Below are positions 38,470 to 48,639 of a stretch of 64,000 nucleotides of DNA, piece by piece; positions within the stretch are counted from its first letter, which is position 1, and each line of letters opens with the position of its first letter. The stretch spans positions 6,849 through 70,848 of the forward strand of contig DSCM01000133.1 in NCBI GenBank assembly GCA_011049115.1. Direction: 5' to 3'. This stretch comes from Pseudomonadota bacterium (GTDB lineage: Bacteria; Desulfobacterota; Anaeroferrophillalia; Anaeroferrophillales; Tharpellaceae). A program made the position numbers and the translations under genes. A model generated the notes under the pieces. The model was not told where the DNA came from. It ran no database searches and saw nothing but the letters and a program-made list of their open reading frames with translations.

Positions 38470-39309
38470 ATGATAAAAGTCTCTACCCAGGAATTTCAGA
38501 TCTACTGCAAATATGTGTACGATATCTGCGGTATCAACCTGGCCTCCAATCAAAGCTACCTGATCGAAACCAGGCTCGCTCCTCTGCTGAAAAAATTCTC
38601 CTGCAACAGCTTTACCGAGCTTTATAACCAAGCCCGCGGCGACCGCCTGAAAAAAATCGAGCAGGAAATTATTGACGCGATCACCACCAATGAAACCTAT
38701 TTTTTTCGCGACAAATCGCCCTTTGATTTGCTGCAATTTAAAATCATCCCCGACCTGATTGATAAGCGTTCAGGCCGTTCCGGTCTTCCGCCAAGCCTCA
38801 GGATCTGGAGCGCTGCCTGTTCTTTCGGTCAGGAAGTCTACAGCCTTGCCATCACCCTGCGCGAGCTGCTCGGCAACGATCTCGGGAAATTCCGGATTTC
38901 CATTATCGGAACCGACATCTCCGACGAGGCGATTTCACGTTCAAGTTACGGCCTTTATAACCAGTTCGAGATTGAAAGAGGCCTGCCCCCCGAGAAACTC
39001 AGGCTTTATTTCAACCCGGTGGATAATGGATGGCGCATCAAGGATGAGCTGCGGTCACTGGTTTCCTTTCGCAAGCTAAACCTTTTGCAACCATTTACGG
39101 CCTTGGGCAAATTCGACATCATCTTGTGCCGCAATGTGGCGATCTATTTCCCCCTGCCCGACAAGGTTAAACTTTATGAAAAGATTGCCTCATCCCTGGT
39201 TCCCGATGGTTACCTGATGATCGGAGCGCAGGAGAGCCTGACCGGCATCACCAGCCTCTTTGAACCCAAACGTTATCTACGCTCAATTTTCTATCAGCTG
39301 AAAAATTAA
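38470..39309 (+). CDS. cheR: Chemotaxis protein methyltransferase CheR
   Basis: 279 aa; CheR N-terminal all-alpha and SAM-MTase domains (ETYFFRD, IWSAACSFGQEVYSLA, DIILCRNVAIYF). Confidence 0.85.
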   Translation: MIKVSTQEFQIYCKYVYDICGINLASNQSYLIETRLAPLLKKFSCNSFTELYNQARGDRLKKIEQEIIDAITTNETYFFRDKSPFDLLQFKIIPDLIDKRSGRSGLPPSLRIWSAACSFGQEVYSLAITLRELLGNDLGKFRISIIGTDISDEAISRSSYGLYNQFEIERGLPPEKLRLYFNPVDNGWRIKDELRSLVSFRKLNLLQPFTALGKFDIILCRNVAIYFPLPDKVKLYEKIASSLVPDGYLMIGAQESLTGITSLFEPKRYLRSIFYQLKN

Positions 39310-39323
39310 ACTTGGACTTCGCA

Positions 39324-39360
39324 CAAAAAAAGGAGGCGCTGAGTAAGCACCTCCTTTTTT
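39324..39360. terminator. Bidirectional terminator between cheR and convergent HEAT-REC gene
   Basis: A7-aggaggcgc-loop-gcacctcct-T6 (stem with one C·A mismatch). Confidence 0.5.
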
Positions 39361-39385
39361 CGCACAATAGATTCCCCGCGATTTT

Positions 39386-41020
39386 TCAACCCAAATAACG
39401 GGCCAGGGCCACACCGATACTTTCCTGGGTAAACGGTTTATGCAGAATTTCATTGACCCCGGCCTCTTTTGCCGCCTCGTTATCATGATTGTCATTCTGC
39501 GTGGTCACCATCAGGATCGGCAATTCACTTTTGCTGAACGTTCGGCGTAAACGACGGGTCACTTCAATCCCGGTAATCCCTGGCATGTTAAGATCGGTCA
39601 GAACGGCATCGGGTTTGAGCCGGCAGACTTCCACCACCGCGCTTTCCGGATCCATAAAGACATAGGGCTCGTAGCCAAGGACATGAAGCATACTTCGGTA
39701 AATCCCCAAAATCATCTTGGAATCATCAATCGCCACAACCTTCTTTACGGTTTTGCCGGCGGCAATCCCAGGAGAAACATTTCCGAGTTCTTCCGCTTCA
39801 CTGACATAGCCATTAGCTTGAAGGACATTACGAAAGAATTCCAGCGTATCGGCATGAGCCTTTTGCGTAAGGTAGCGAAAGGCCTGCTCACGGAAAAAAT
39901 CAAGTTCGAGAAGATCAAGAAAGATGTTGCCGCTCTGCGTCGTGATAATCGTTTGCACAAGTCCCTGGGCTTCCCGATCCCCGGGCCTGACCATATTTTT
40001 AAGCCCGGCGGCAAGAATTTCATTATAGTTTCGGTCAATCGCGGCAGCCGCCGCCGAACGCACATTGGCAACCGGATCATGCAGACCTGAAGCCAGGGCG
40101 TACGCCCCTTTGGTCAAGGGCAGACGACCAAGGGTTTCGTAAGCGGCAAAGCGAACATTGGCATCCTGCGGCTGCTGATGAAGAAGTTTACGAATCGGGG
40201 CAATCGCCCCTTCATCCCCTATCTCACCCAGAACATTGAGCGTGTGAATAAGCAGATCGGGATCATTATAACGCAGATTTTCAGAAAGCAGCGGCACGAC
40301 CTTGCTCCCCAGCGCGACCAGTTTTTCCTTGCCCGCCGAGCGGATATGGGCGTACTGGGAAGTCAGGGTTTTATTGAGTTTTTCAAGCGCCTCCCGGCTT
40401 TGCACCGCAGAGAAAACCTCGAGAATGGCTGAATCAAATCTTTTTTCCCGACCCAGCTTTTCATCAAGACGCTGCATCGCGGTGGATGAGCCCAAACGTC
40501 CCAAAGCCTGAATGGCGGTTTCCACCAGAACATCATCCTCGGTGTAGAGCAGCTCGGCAATGTTGGAGACCGCGCCCACATCTCCGATATCACCCAAAGC
40601 CCTGACCACCCTTTCGATAATATCGTGATCCTTTTCGTTGACGAGCATAGCCATCAGAACCTGATAAGCATCATCAAACCCCATTTCCCCGGCCAGATCA
40701 ATCAGAAACCCGCGACAATTTACTCGAGAATCCTGAAGAAACTCAAGGTAGATTGCCGGAACCTCGAGAATCCTGGCGACCAGGAGCTCCTTGAACTCGG
40801 GTAAAGAATCCGTCAGATAGGGGAAACGATCAAGAACCAGGGCCAGCAGAGGAATTGCGAACTCAGCCGAACTCAGCCGGAAGAGCTCAAGAGCCTGTTT
40901 TTGCACCTCCAAGTCCATCTCGGCAAGATGAGAAAGAACAACGGCGGCTTTTACGGCATCGTTTTCAGCGATATTATTCCTGATTTCAGTTATAAACGCC
41001 GCAGGTTTGATCTTCGCCAA
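39386..41020 (-). CDS. HEAT-repeat (PBS-lyase-like) protein with C-terminal response-regulator receiver domain
   Basis: 544 aa; repeated ~30-aa alpha-helical HEAT-like units; C-terminal REC VVAIDDSKMILG...TDLNMPGITGIEV...KP. Confidence 0.7.
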   Translation of the reverse strand: MAKIKPAAFITEIRNNIAENDAVKAAVVLSHLAEMDLEVQKQALELFRLSSAEFAIPLLALVLDRFPYLTDSLPEFKELLVARILEVPAIYLEFLQDSRVNCRGFLIDLAGEMGFDDAYQVLMAMLVNEKDHDIIERVVRALGDIGDVGAVSNIAELLYTEDDVLVETAIQALGRLGSSTAMQRLDEKLGREKRFDSAILEVFSAVQSREALEKLNKTLTSQYAHIRSAGKEKLVALGSKVVPLLSENLRYNDPDLLIHTLNVLGEIGDEGAIAPIRKLLHQQPQDANVRFAAYETLGRLPLTKGAYALASGLHDPVANVRSAAAAAIDRNYNEILAAGLKNMVRPGDREAQGLVQTIITTQSGNIFLDLLELDFFREQAFRYLTQKAHADTLEFFRNVLQANGYVSEAEELGNVSPGIAAGKTVKKVVAIDDSKMILGIYRSMLHVLGYEPYVFMDPESAVVEVCRLKPDAVLTDLNMPGITGIEVTRRLRRTFSKSELPILMVTTQNDNHDNEAAKEAGVNEILHKPFTQESIGVALARYLG

Positions 41021-41133
41021 CCCAGAGCTCCTTCTTCAATCTACTGTAAAAGCCTTCGGACCCCATCACGGCAAAGCCTGCAACCGGGACGGTTCCGTTT
41101 ACAATTTTTCTGCAAGGATTTTCTCCGCAGGCT

Positions 41134-41316
41134 TCAGTCTTCATAGTAGCCGACATACCTTTTTTCAATCCACATGCCGACCAGCACCATCACGCCGCCG
41201 ACCCCGATCAAGAGGCTTGCCCAAAAATAGGAATTATGAATCAGCCACAGCGCGATGCCGCAGATAACCAGAAAGAAACCCAGCATTTCCAGCAGAGGTA
41301 TAAAAATTTTGTTCAT
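41134..41316 (-). CDS. Hypothetical small membrane protein (2 TM)
   Basis: 60 aa ORF with two hydrophobic helices; no homology recognised. Confidence 0.3.
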   Translation of the reverse strand: MNKIFIPLLEMLGFFLVICGIALWLIHNSYFWASLLIGVGGVMVLVGMWIEKRYVGYYED

Positions 41317-41408
41317 CGCTACATATAACCCCTTATGTGCATTAAAAAAATGAAGCTATCCCCGAAAAGCACTTTCTCGGTCCCTCTGCGACGAAGGTTC
41401 TGCGTCCG

Positions 41409-42149
41409 CTAACCGGTCTGAGGCAGCCACAGGTTAAGATAACGGGAAAAGATGGAGAGATAGTCGAAAACGAGCAGCAGACCAATGACAATCAGAAAAA
41501 TGCCGCTGACCAGGCTGACTACCCGCAGGTAACGGTTAAAACGGGAAAAGTAAGCAAGAAAACTATTAAAAGCCAGCGCCGAAACCAAAAAAGGCAGGCC
41601 TAAACCCAAGGAATATGCCGCCAGCAGAAAAATCCCGCCGGCAACATTTCCCGAAGTCCCGGCATACAACAGAATACTGGCCAGAATCGGCCCGATACAT
41701 GGCGTCCAGCCTGCGGCAAAAGCGATACCGACCAGGACCGAGCCCAAGTAGCCCAAGGGCTTGTCATTGAATTCAAAACGTTTTTCGCGCTCAAGCAACC
41801 TCAACTTGACCAGCCCGGTTATATGAATCCCGAGAAAAATAACAATCACTCCGCCAACCCGGCGAATCAACTCCTGATTGGTCTGAAAGAAACTCCCGAC
41901 AAAGGTCGCCGAAGCCCCGAGGGAGACAAAAATCAGAGTAAAACCGAGAATGAAAAAAAGAGAGTGCAGGATTGTCCGCTGGCGCACCGCGCGACTCCGG
42001 TTATCATCGACCAACTCATCAAAAGAGATTCCGGTGATATAAGTCAGATAGGAAGGGATCAGGGGAAGAACACAAGGCGAAACAAAAGAGAAAATACCGG
42101 CCGTAAAGGCAATCAGCAGAGATACGTTTGAACTCGAAGTTTCCATCAT
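41409..42149 (-). CDS. ccdA: Cytochrome c-type biogenesis / thiol-disulfide transmembrane electron transporter CcdA (DsbD core)
   Basis: 246 aa; FSFVSPCVLPLIP and GWTPCIGP cysteine-containing TM motifs. Confidence 0.75.
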   Translation of the reverse strand: MMETSSSNVSLLIAFTAGIFSFVSPCVLPLIPSYLTYITGISFDELVDDNRSRAVRQRTILHSLFFILGFTLIFVSLGASATFVGSFFQTNQELIRRVGGVIVIFLGIHITGLVKLRLLEREKRFEFNDKPLGYLGSVLVGIAFAAGWTPCIGPILASILLYAGTSGNVAGGIFLLAAYSLGLGLPFLVSALAFNSFLAYFSRFNRYLRVVSLVSGIFLIVIGLLLVFDYLSIFSRYLNLWLPQTG

Positions 42150-42256
42150 ATACTCAATGATTTAAAAGGGTTTCGTAACTATTCACCAACCCGAAACGCT
42201 GGGAACACGACCCCCCGATTTCTTGTTTTTCACGTCTCAATACAGGCTGAAATCAA

Positions 42257-43372
42257 CTACGCTGAATAAGTTACAGGTTTTTTACATCTGAGCAACTGTT
42301 CCCGCAACAGGCCGACATCGACCTTGTCCTCCAGATAAGGATCTCCAAGGCCGTGCAGAAGTATCATCGAAAGCGTCTCTCCCGCCTTTTTGTCTCGACG
42401 CATCAAGGCAATCAGTTCATCAACATCCGCATCTTCCGGAATCTGCATCGGCAGACCGTAGAGTTCAACCAAGCGCAGAGCTCGGGAAAGTGAAGTTTCA
42501 GGCAGGAACCTCATGGCGAAAGAAAGCGACAAGGCGCAAACCAAACCGACGGCCACCGCCTCACCGTGCGCCATCCCCCGGTAGTCATACATCTTCTCGA
42601 GAGCATGACCGACGGTATGTCCGAGATTGAGCGCCGCGCGCACGCCAAGCAGATCGAATTCATCACGAACCACGTAATCGGCTTTTATGCGACTGCAAAA
42701 ATGGGCCATGATCGCCAGACTGCGTGGATTGCGGGCCAGGATTTCAGCGCGGTTCATCTCCAGAAAGGAAATAAAATCATCGCCGGCCAGCAGGCCGTAC
42801 TTGACCACCTCGCCCAAACCGGACAAGACTTCGCGCTCGGGCAGGCTCTTGATAAAATCAACCTCCGAAATAACCACTCGAGGTTGATAGGTTGTTCCGA
42901 TCAGATTCTTGCCGACCTCCAGATTAAAACCGTTTTTACCTCCGATAGAACTGTCAACCTGAGCCAGGATGGTGGTCGGCAACTGAATTAAATCAAGGCC
43001 CCGCATATAGGTCGCGGCGGCAAAACCAGCCAGATCACCAACCACCCCTCCACCCAAAGCGCAGATAAAACCATTCCGCTGCAGACCGGCGGCATAAAGA
43101 TTCTGATACAAACGCAGAAGCACGGCGTGGTTCTTATACTCCTCACCGTCCGGCAAGACAATCGCGCTGCTTTTGTAACCCGCATCCGCAAGCCATGCCT
43201 GCACCTGACTAAGATAAAGCGGGGCAACGGTTTCATTGGTAACCACCACACCCTGGTGACCACGCAGCCGCGGCAACAAAAGGCTGTCGCCGCCGGACTT
43301 GATCAACCCGGAACCGATATGAATCGAATAACTCCTGGATTCAAGAGCAACCGTCAGTTTGTAAGCCACCAT
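42257..43372 (-). CDS. aroB: 3-dehydroquinate synthase
   Basis: 371 aa; GGGVVGDLAGFAAATYMRG, DSSIGGKNG, HTVGHALE metal-binding motifs. Confidence 0.85.
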   Translation of the reverse strand: MVAYKLTVALESRSYSIHIGSGLIKSGGDSLLLPRLRGHQGVVVTNETVAPLYLSQVQAWLADAGYKSSAIVLPDGEEYKNHAVLLRLYQNLYAAGLQRNGFICALGGGVVGDLAGFAAATYMRGLDLIQLPTTILAQVDSSIGGKNGFNLEVGKNLIGTTYQPRVVISEVDFIKSLPEREVLSGLGEVVKYGLLAGDDFISFLEMNRAEILARNPRSLAIMAHFCSRIKADYVVRDEFDLLGVRAALNLGHTVGHALEKMYDYRGMAHGEAVAVGLVCALSLSFAMRFLPETSLSRALRLVELYGLPMQIPEDADVDELIALMRRDKKAGETLSMILLHGLGDPYLEDKVDVGLLREQLLRCKKPVTYSA

Positions 43373-43375
43373 ACC

Positions 43376-44086
43376 CTAGAAATCACCACAAACCCGGCGA
43401 GAAATCTCAAGATAAGCTTCCTCAACCTTACCCAGATCTTGGCGGAAACGATCTTTATCAAGCTTTTCCAGGGTATGTTTGTCCCAGAGCCTGCAGGTAT
43501 CGGGACAAATCTCATCCGCCAGCAGTATCCCGCCCTGCCAGGAACCGAATTCAAGTTTGAAATCCACCAACAGAAGATCCCGGCTCAGCAGATAATCACT
43601 GAGAATGCGGTTAACCTTGAGTGCGGTCTCACGAATCTGGTCAATCTGCGCCGCGGTAGTCAGGCCAAAGACCAAAATATGATCGCGGTTGATCATGGGA
43701 TCGTTGAGGGCGTCATCCTTATAGTAAAACTCCACTATCGGCTGAGGCAGCCGCTCGCCCTCTTTCCGGCCCATTCTTTTCGCCAGGCTGCCGGCGACAT
43801 AATTACGAATAACAACTTCCACCGGAACGATATCAACCTTGCGCGCCAGCATTTCACGATCGGAAAACCGGCTGATAAAATGACTCTGGACGCCGTTTTC
43901 GGCAAGCAGGGTAAACAGTTTCGCTGAAACCCGGTTATTGATTACACCCTTGTCAAGAATGGTTCCCTTCTTGGCGCCGTTAAAAGCCGTCGCATCATCC
44001 TTGAAATAAAGAATATTCTTATCCGGATCATCCGTCGCATAGATGATCTTGGCCTTGCCTTCATATAGTTTTTCCCGCCGTTCCAT
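43376..44086 (-). CDS. purC: Phosphoribosylaminoimidazole-succinocarboxamide (SAICAR) synthase
   Basis: Near-colinear with E. coli PurC: LYEGKAK, VPVEVVIRN, LVDFKLEFG, RLWDKHTLEKLDKDRFRQ; start trimmed to MERREK. Confidence 0.9.
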   Translation of the reverse strand: MERREKLYEGKAKIIYATDDPDKNILYFKDDATAFNGAKKGTILDKGVINNRVSAKLFTLLAENGVQSHFISRFSDREMLARKVDIVPVEVVIRNYVAGSLAKRMGRKEGERLPQPIVEFYYKDDALNDPMINRDHILVFGLTTAAQIDQIRETALKVNRILSDYLLSRDLLLVDFKLEFGSWQGGILLADEICPDTCRLWDKHTLEKLDKDRFRQDLGKVEEAYLEISRRVCGDF

Positions 44087-44116
44087 AGACGCAATACCCT
44101 TTCCCGACAATTATCA

Positions 44117-45412
44117 TTAAGCCTCGAAAACCCGGGCAAAAATTTTTCCCACCTGGCGCAACTGATGTTCCAGGCTGAACCTTTCTTCTATTGCAGAGGG
44201 CTGCAGATAAAGCGCGATATCTTTATCCCTGAGCAGGTACTCCTTAAAGGAACCACCATCATTAAAGGCCTGCATGGCGTTACGCTGCACCCAGCGGTAA
44301 GCGTCCTCACGAACCACCCCGGCCCGGGCCAGGGCCAGAAGAATCCCCTGTGAATAGATCGTCCCGCCGGTTAATTCAAGATTATGAAGCATCCGTTCCG
44401 GATAAACCACTAGTTTTTCCATCATCGCGGCAAAACGATGAAGCATAAAATCAAGCAGGATCGTCGCATCCGGGGCGATTACCCGTTCAACCGAGGAATG
44501 ACTGATATCGCGTTCGTGCCAGAGTGCAACGTTCTCCATCGCCGCCAGCGCCTGCGCCCGCACCAGCCGGGCCAACCCGCAAAGATTTTCGGAAAGCACG
44601 GGATTGCGTTTATGCGGCATGGCCGACGAGCCCTTCTGCCCGGCATGAAAGAATTCCTCCGCCTCGCCGACCTCGGTTCTCTGCAGATGACGAATCTCGG
44701 TCGCAAATTTTTCAATTGAAGCGGCCACCAGCGCCAAGGTTGTGAAGAAAAAGGCGTGTCGATCACGCTGCACGATCTGGCTTGAAGCCGGGGCCGGCTG
44801 CAAGCCCAGACGCCGGCAGACCGCTTCCTCAATTTCCGGCTCGATATTGGCGAAGGTTCCGACCGCGCCGGAAATCTTGCCGACCGCGATATCAGTGAGC
44901 GCCGCTTCCAGACGGCGCCGCTGGCGCTGCATTTCATCATACCAGATGGCAAACTTGAGCCCAACCGTTATCGGTTCAGCGTGAATTCCGTGCGAGCGCC
45001 CGATCATGGGACAATCCTTGAATTCAAAGGCTCTTTTCCTGAGCGCTGCCATAACTTTAGCCAGACCTGCAAGCAGCAGTTCCCCGGCCTCTTTCAGCTG
45101 TAGGGCCAGGGCTGTATCCAGGACATCGGACGAGGTCAACCCTAAATGAATAAAGCGCGAGGCCGGGCCGACATGCTCGGCCACCGAGGTCAGAAAAGCG
45201 ATGACATCATGACGAACCTCGGTTTCAATCTGGTTGATTCGAGAAATATCAAAAGCCGCCTTCGCCTTGATTTCCTGCCACGACGCGGCTGGAATCTCGC
45301 CATTATCGGCAAAAACCTCGCACACCGCCAGCTCCACTTTAAGCCAGCTGCTGAACTTATTTTCTTCACTCCAGATTCGACACATTTCCGGACGTGAGTA
45401 ACGTTCAATCAT
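44117..45412 (-). CDS. purB: Adenylosuccinate lyase
   Basis: Fumarate-lyase signature GSSAMPHKRNP; N-terminal IERYSRPEM; start trimmed to MIERY. Confidence 0.85.
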   Translation of the reverse strand: MIERYSRPEMCRIWSEENKFSSWLKVELAVCEVFADNGEIPAASWQEIKAKAAFDISRINQIETEVRHDVIAFLTSVAEHVGPASRFIHLGLTSSDVLDTALALQLKEAGELLLAGLAKVMAALRKRAFEFKDCPMIGRSHGIHAEPITVGLKFAIWYDEMQRQRRRLEAALTDIAVGKISGAVGTFANIEPEIEEAVCRRLGLQPAPASSQIVQRDRHAFFFTTLALVAASIEKFATEIRHLQRTEVGEAEEFFHAGQKGSSAMPHKRNPVLSENLCGLARLVRAQALAAMENVALWHERDISHSSVERVIAPDATILLDFMLHRFAAMMEKLVVYPERMLHNLELTGGTIYSQGILLALARAGVVREDAYRWVQRNAMQAFNDGGSFKEYLLRDKDIALYLQPSAIEERFSLEHQLRQVGKIFARVFEA

Positions 45413-45469
45413 AATCAATAATCCTGATCCGGCCGCACCGGAACCCAAAAATCTAAAAAATAACCGCTC

Positions 45470-45967
45470 TCAAACAGAAGCGGTGGAGGCTTCTGCCAAA
45501 GGCTTACGACCACGTACCACCATCACTGAACAGCTGGAATTTTTAACCACGCTGTCAGCGACACTACCCATCAGAAACTTTTTAATCCCGGACCAGCCGT
45601 GCGAACCGACAAAAACCGCATCGAACCCGCCCTGTTCGGATTCATCGACGATCATCGAGGCGGGATGGCCCTCGATGATCCGACCCGTGACCTGAAAACC
45701 ACGCTTTTGCAGGCTGTCGATCAGCCCCGCCAGCTTATCTTGCAGAGCTCTCCGGCGTGAATCGTTAAAGCTCTGAATGGTTGCCAGATCATCAAAAGGC
45801 AGACTCATGCCGTCAAGACCTGACAAGGCGTAACCTTCTTCAAGAACGTTGATAAGCTGAAGCTCAGCCCCATAATTTTCCGCAAAGCGGGAGGCGACCG
45901 CGACCACATCGTCCGTCGCTGAAGAGAAATCAATCGCCACCAGGATTTTTTTAAAGCGTTCTGCCAT
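45470..45967 (-). CDS. Universal stress protein (UspA family)
   Basis: ~166 aa; KKILVAIDFS...GSHGWSGIKKFLMGSVA Usp motifs. Confidence 0.75.
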   Translation of the reverse strand: MAERFKKILVAIDFSSATDDVVAVASRFAENYGAELQLINVLEEGYALSGLDGMSLPFDDLATIQSFNDSRRRALQDKLAGLIDSLQKRGFQVTGRIIEGHPASMIVDESEQGGFDAVFVGSHGWSGIKKFLMGSVADSVVKNSSCSVMVVRGRKPLAEASTASV

Positions 45968-46039
45968 AGAACCTCCTCCTCGCAAGCCGCCTCCATTTTT
46001 TGGAGAAGCGGGTTCTCTACCATTGCACCAGGACGATTG

Positions 46040-48595
46040 TCAAGTTTTAAGCTGCAACCGGCTAAAATCCAGATCGCGGTAAACTCGTTTTCGCGTGTCA
46101 GGCCCGAGCTTTTGCGCCATCTCGCCAAGGTATTCTTCCCGGGTCGGAAGACGGCCGTAAAGAGCGCTCACCGCCGCCAGTTCGGCCGATCCCAGATAGA
46201 CCCTGGCGTCCTTGCCCAGACGATTGTCGAAGTTACGGGTTGAGGTCGAAAAGACCACGGCACCGTCGGCAACCCGAGCCTGGTTACCCATGCAGAGACT
46301 GCAACCGGGAATTTCAATCCGGGCGCCAGCCTTGCCGAAAATGGCATAGTAGCCTTCTTTTCTCAGGGCTTCGGCATCCATGCGCGTCGGCGGAGCCAGC
46401 CACAACCGCACCGGCACCTGTCCGGCATGCCGCAGGATTTCACCCGCCGCGCGGAAATGCCCGATATTGGTCATGCAGCTGCCGATAAAAACCTCGTCAA
46501 TCTCGCGCGGGCACTGAGCCTGTCCCAGCACCTGACTTAACGTGGCGACATCGTCGGGATCATTGGGGCAAGCCAGAATCGGTTCCCGCACCGAATCCAG
46601 ATCGATATCAATCTCCGCCGCGTATTCGGCGTCGGCATCGCCCCGCAACAGATGGGGATGCGCAAGCCACTCCCGCATGGCCTGGGACCGCCGGGCCAGG
46701 GTGGCGGGCGCGCCGTAACCTTCGGCCAACAGACGTTCAATCAAAGCCACGTTGGAGTTCAGGAATTTTTTGACCGGCTCAAGACCGAGCTGCACCGTAC
46801 AGGCGGCGGCGCTGCGCTCGGCCGAAGCGTCGGAAAGTTCAAAAGCCTGTTCGCAGGAAAGCTCTTCCAATCCTTGAATTTCCAGAATTCTCCCGGCAAA
46901 GATATTCCTTTTATTCTCCTTGGCCACCGTCAGCAAACCCATTTCCAGGGCGCGTAACGGAATTGCATTAACCAGATCGCGCAGAGTGATGCCGGGCTGT
47001 AATTGCCCGTGAAAGCGAACCAGAACACTCTCCGGCATATCCAGCGGCATCATCCCGGCCACGGCGGCAAAAGCCACCAATCCGGAACCGGCGGGAAATG
47101 AAAGCCCCAGAGGAAAACGGGTATGCGAATCCGCCCCGGTACCCAGGGTATCGGGCAACAGCAGGCGGTTAAGCCAGGAATGAATCACCCCGTCCCCGGG
47201 TCTCAGGGAAAACCCGGCCCGTTCCTCGATAAAAACCGGCAGGGTGCGCTGCGTTTCGACATCGACCGGCTGAGGGTAGGCGGCGGTATGACAGAACGAC
47301 TGCATGACCAGGTCGGCGGAAAAATTAAGCGCCGCCAGTGCCTTGATCTCATCGCGGGTCATCGGCCCGGTCGTATCCTGGCTGCCGACCGTGGTTACCT
47401 TGGGTTCGACATAGCTGCCCGGTCGCACCCCCTCACAATCACAGGCCCGACCGACAATCTTCTGCGCCAAGGTAAAACCGGCGGTTGACGGCGGCGGGGT
47501 CAGTGGGCGGGCAAAAAAATCAGCCACGTTCAAACCGAGAACCCGACGCGCCCGGGCTGTCAATTCCCGACCCAGCAATAACGGAATCCGTCCTCCGGCC
47601 CGATATTCGTCAGCCAGAGTATTGGGCTGCAGGGAAAAACGGCTGATCACCCGACCATTTTTAATAATTTCTCCGGCATCAGGACGCAGACTGATCAGAT
47701 CGCCGTCAGCCAGTCCGGTAACCGGCGCCACGATGGGTAAAGCCCCGGAATCCTGGGCGGTATTAAAAAAAATCGGCGCGATAATACCGCCGATCACAAT
47801 GCCGCCGCCGCGTTTGTTGGGTACACCGGGCAGATCGTGCCCCAGATGCCACTGCAATGAATTAATCGCTGATTTACGGCTGCTGCCGGTACCGACGACA
47901 TCACCGACGTAAACCAGCGGATAACCTAGTTCCCGCAGTGCAGCCATGCGGGCCAGAGGCTTTTCCATGCGGGCGGCGAGCATGGCCAGGGCATGCAAGG
48001 GAATATCACTGCGGCTGGCGGCTTCCGCAGCCGGTGACAGGTCATCGGTGTTGGTCTCGCCGGGAACCTTGAAAACGGTCAGTTTGATTTCCTCCGCCAG
48101 GGCCGGACGTGCATAAAACCACTCCGCTCGGGCCCAGGACTGCAACAGCTGCTCCGCGCCGGCGTGAGATTGCTTGAATTTCTCGACCACCCAGGCAAAG
48201 GCGTCATAGATCAGCAAGGTATGTTTCAGGGCGAAAATCGCCGCCGCCGCGACCTCGGCTCGTTCATCTTCGAGGGCCTCCAGCAGGGGCGTGATATTGT
48301 AACCGCCGCGCATCATGCCCAGCCATTGCACCGCTGTGACGGCGTCAATGCCGCAATCTGGAGCCCGTCCGGCGATGACCTCGGCCAGGAAGTCGGCCTT
48401 GACTCCCGCCGCTTCATCAACTCCGGGATTAACTCGTTCCCGCAACCAATAATACATTTCCCGCCGTTCGCCGTCAGAGCTGCCCGGCAAGCATTTAATT
48501 ATCGCTTTCACCTCTGCGGCGCTTAAGGGCAACGGCGGAATCCCTAATTGCTGCCGCGCCGCCGCCGCCTTTCGATAGGCTTCGAGAATCTCCAT
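46040..48595 (-). CDS. acnB: Aconitate hydratase B / 2-methylisocitrate dehydratase
   Basis: 851 aa colinear with E. coli AcnB (MEILEAYRK..., GETNTDDLSPA, GDVVGTGSSRKSA, SQDTTGPMTRDE, CSLCMGNQARV). Confidence 0.9.
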   Translation of the reverse strand: MEILEAYRKAAAARQQLGIPPLPLSAAEVKAIIKCLPGSSDGERREMYYWLRERVNPGVDEAAGVKADFLAEVIAGRAPDCGIDAVTAVQWLGMMRGGYNITPLLEALEDERAEVAAAAIFALKHTLLIYDAFAWVVEKFKQSHAGAEQLLQSWARAEWFYARPALAEEIKLTVFKVPGETNTDDLSPAAEAASRSDIPLHALAMLAARMEKPLARMAALRELGYPLVYVGDVVGTGSSRKSAINSLQWHLGHDLPGVPNKRGGGIVIGGIIAPIFFNTAQDSGALPIVAPVTGLADGDLISLRPDAGEIIKNGRVISRFSLQPNTLADEYRAGGRIPLLLGRELTARARRVLGLNVADFFARPLTPPPSTAGFTLAQKIVGRACDCEGVRPGSYVEPKVTTVGSQDTTGPMTRDEIKALAALNFSADLVMQSFCHTAAYPQPVDVETQRTLPVFIEERAGFSLRPGDGVIHSWLNRLLLPDTLGTGADSHTRFPLGLSFPAGSGLVAFAAVAGMMPLDMPESVLVRFHGQLQPGITLRDLVNAIPLRALEMGLLTVAKENKRNIFAGRILEIQGLEELSCEQAFELSDASAERSAAACTVQLGLEPVKKFLNSNVALIERLLAEGYGAPATLARRSQAMREWLAHPHLLRGDADAEYAAEIDIDLDSVREPILACPNDPDDVATLSQVLGQAQCPREIDEVFIGSCMTNIGHFRAAGEILRHAGQVPVRLWLAPPTRMDAEALRKEGYYAIFGKAGARIEIPGCSLCMGNQARVADGAVVFSTSTRNFDNRLGKDARVYLGSAELAAVSALYGRLPTREEYLGEMAQKLGPDTRKRVYRDLDFSRLQLKT

Positions 48596-48639
48596 GAAAA
48601 TTTTCTCCCTGAATCCTGCAATTAAACGTTCCCCTAAAA

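Noticed and set aside
43127-43927. 266-aa plus-strand ORF across aroB/purC
   Set aside because: Spans two confidently identified minus-strand genes (AroB, PurC) and is antisense to both.
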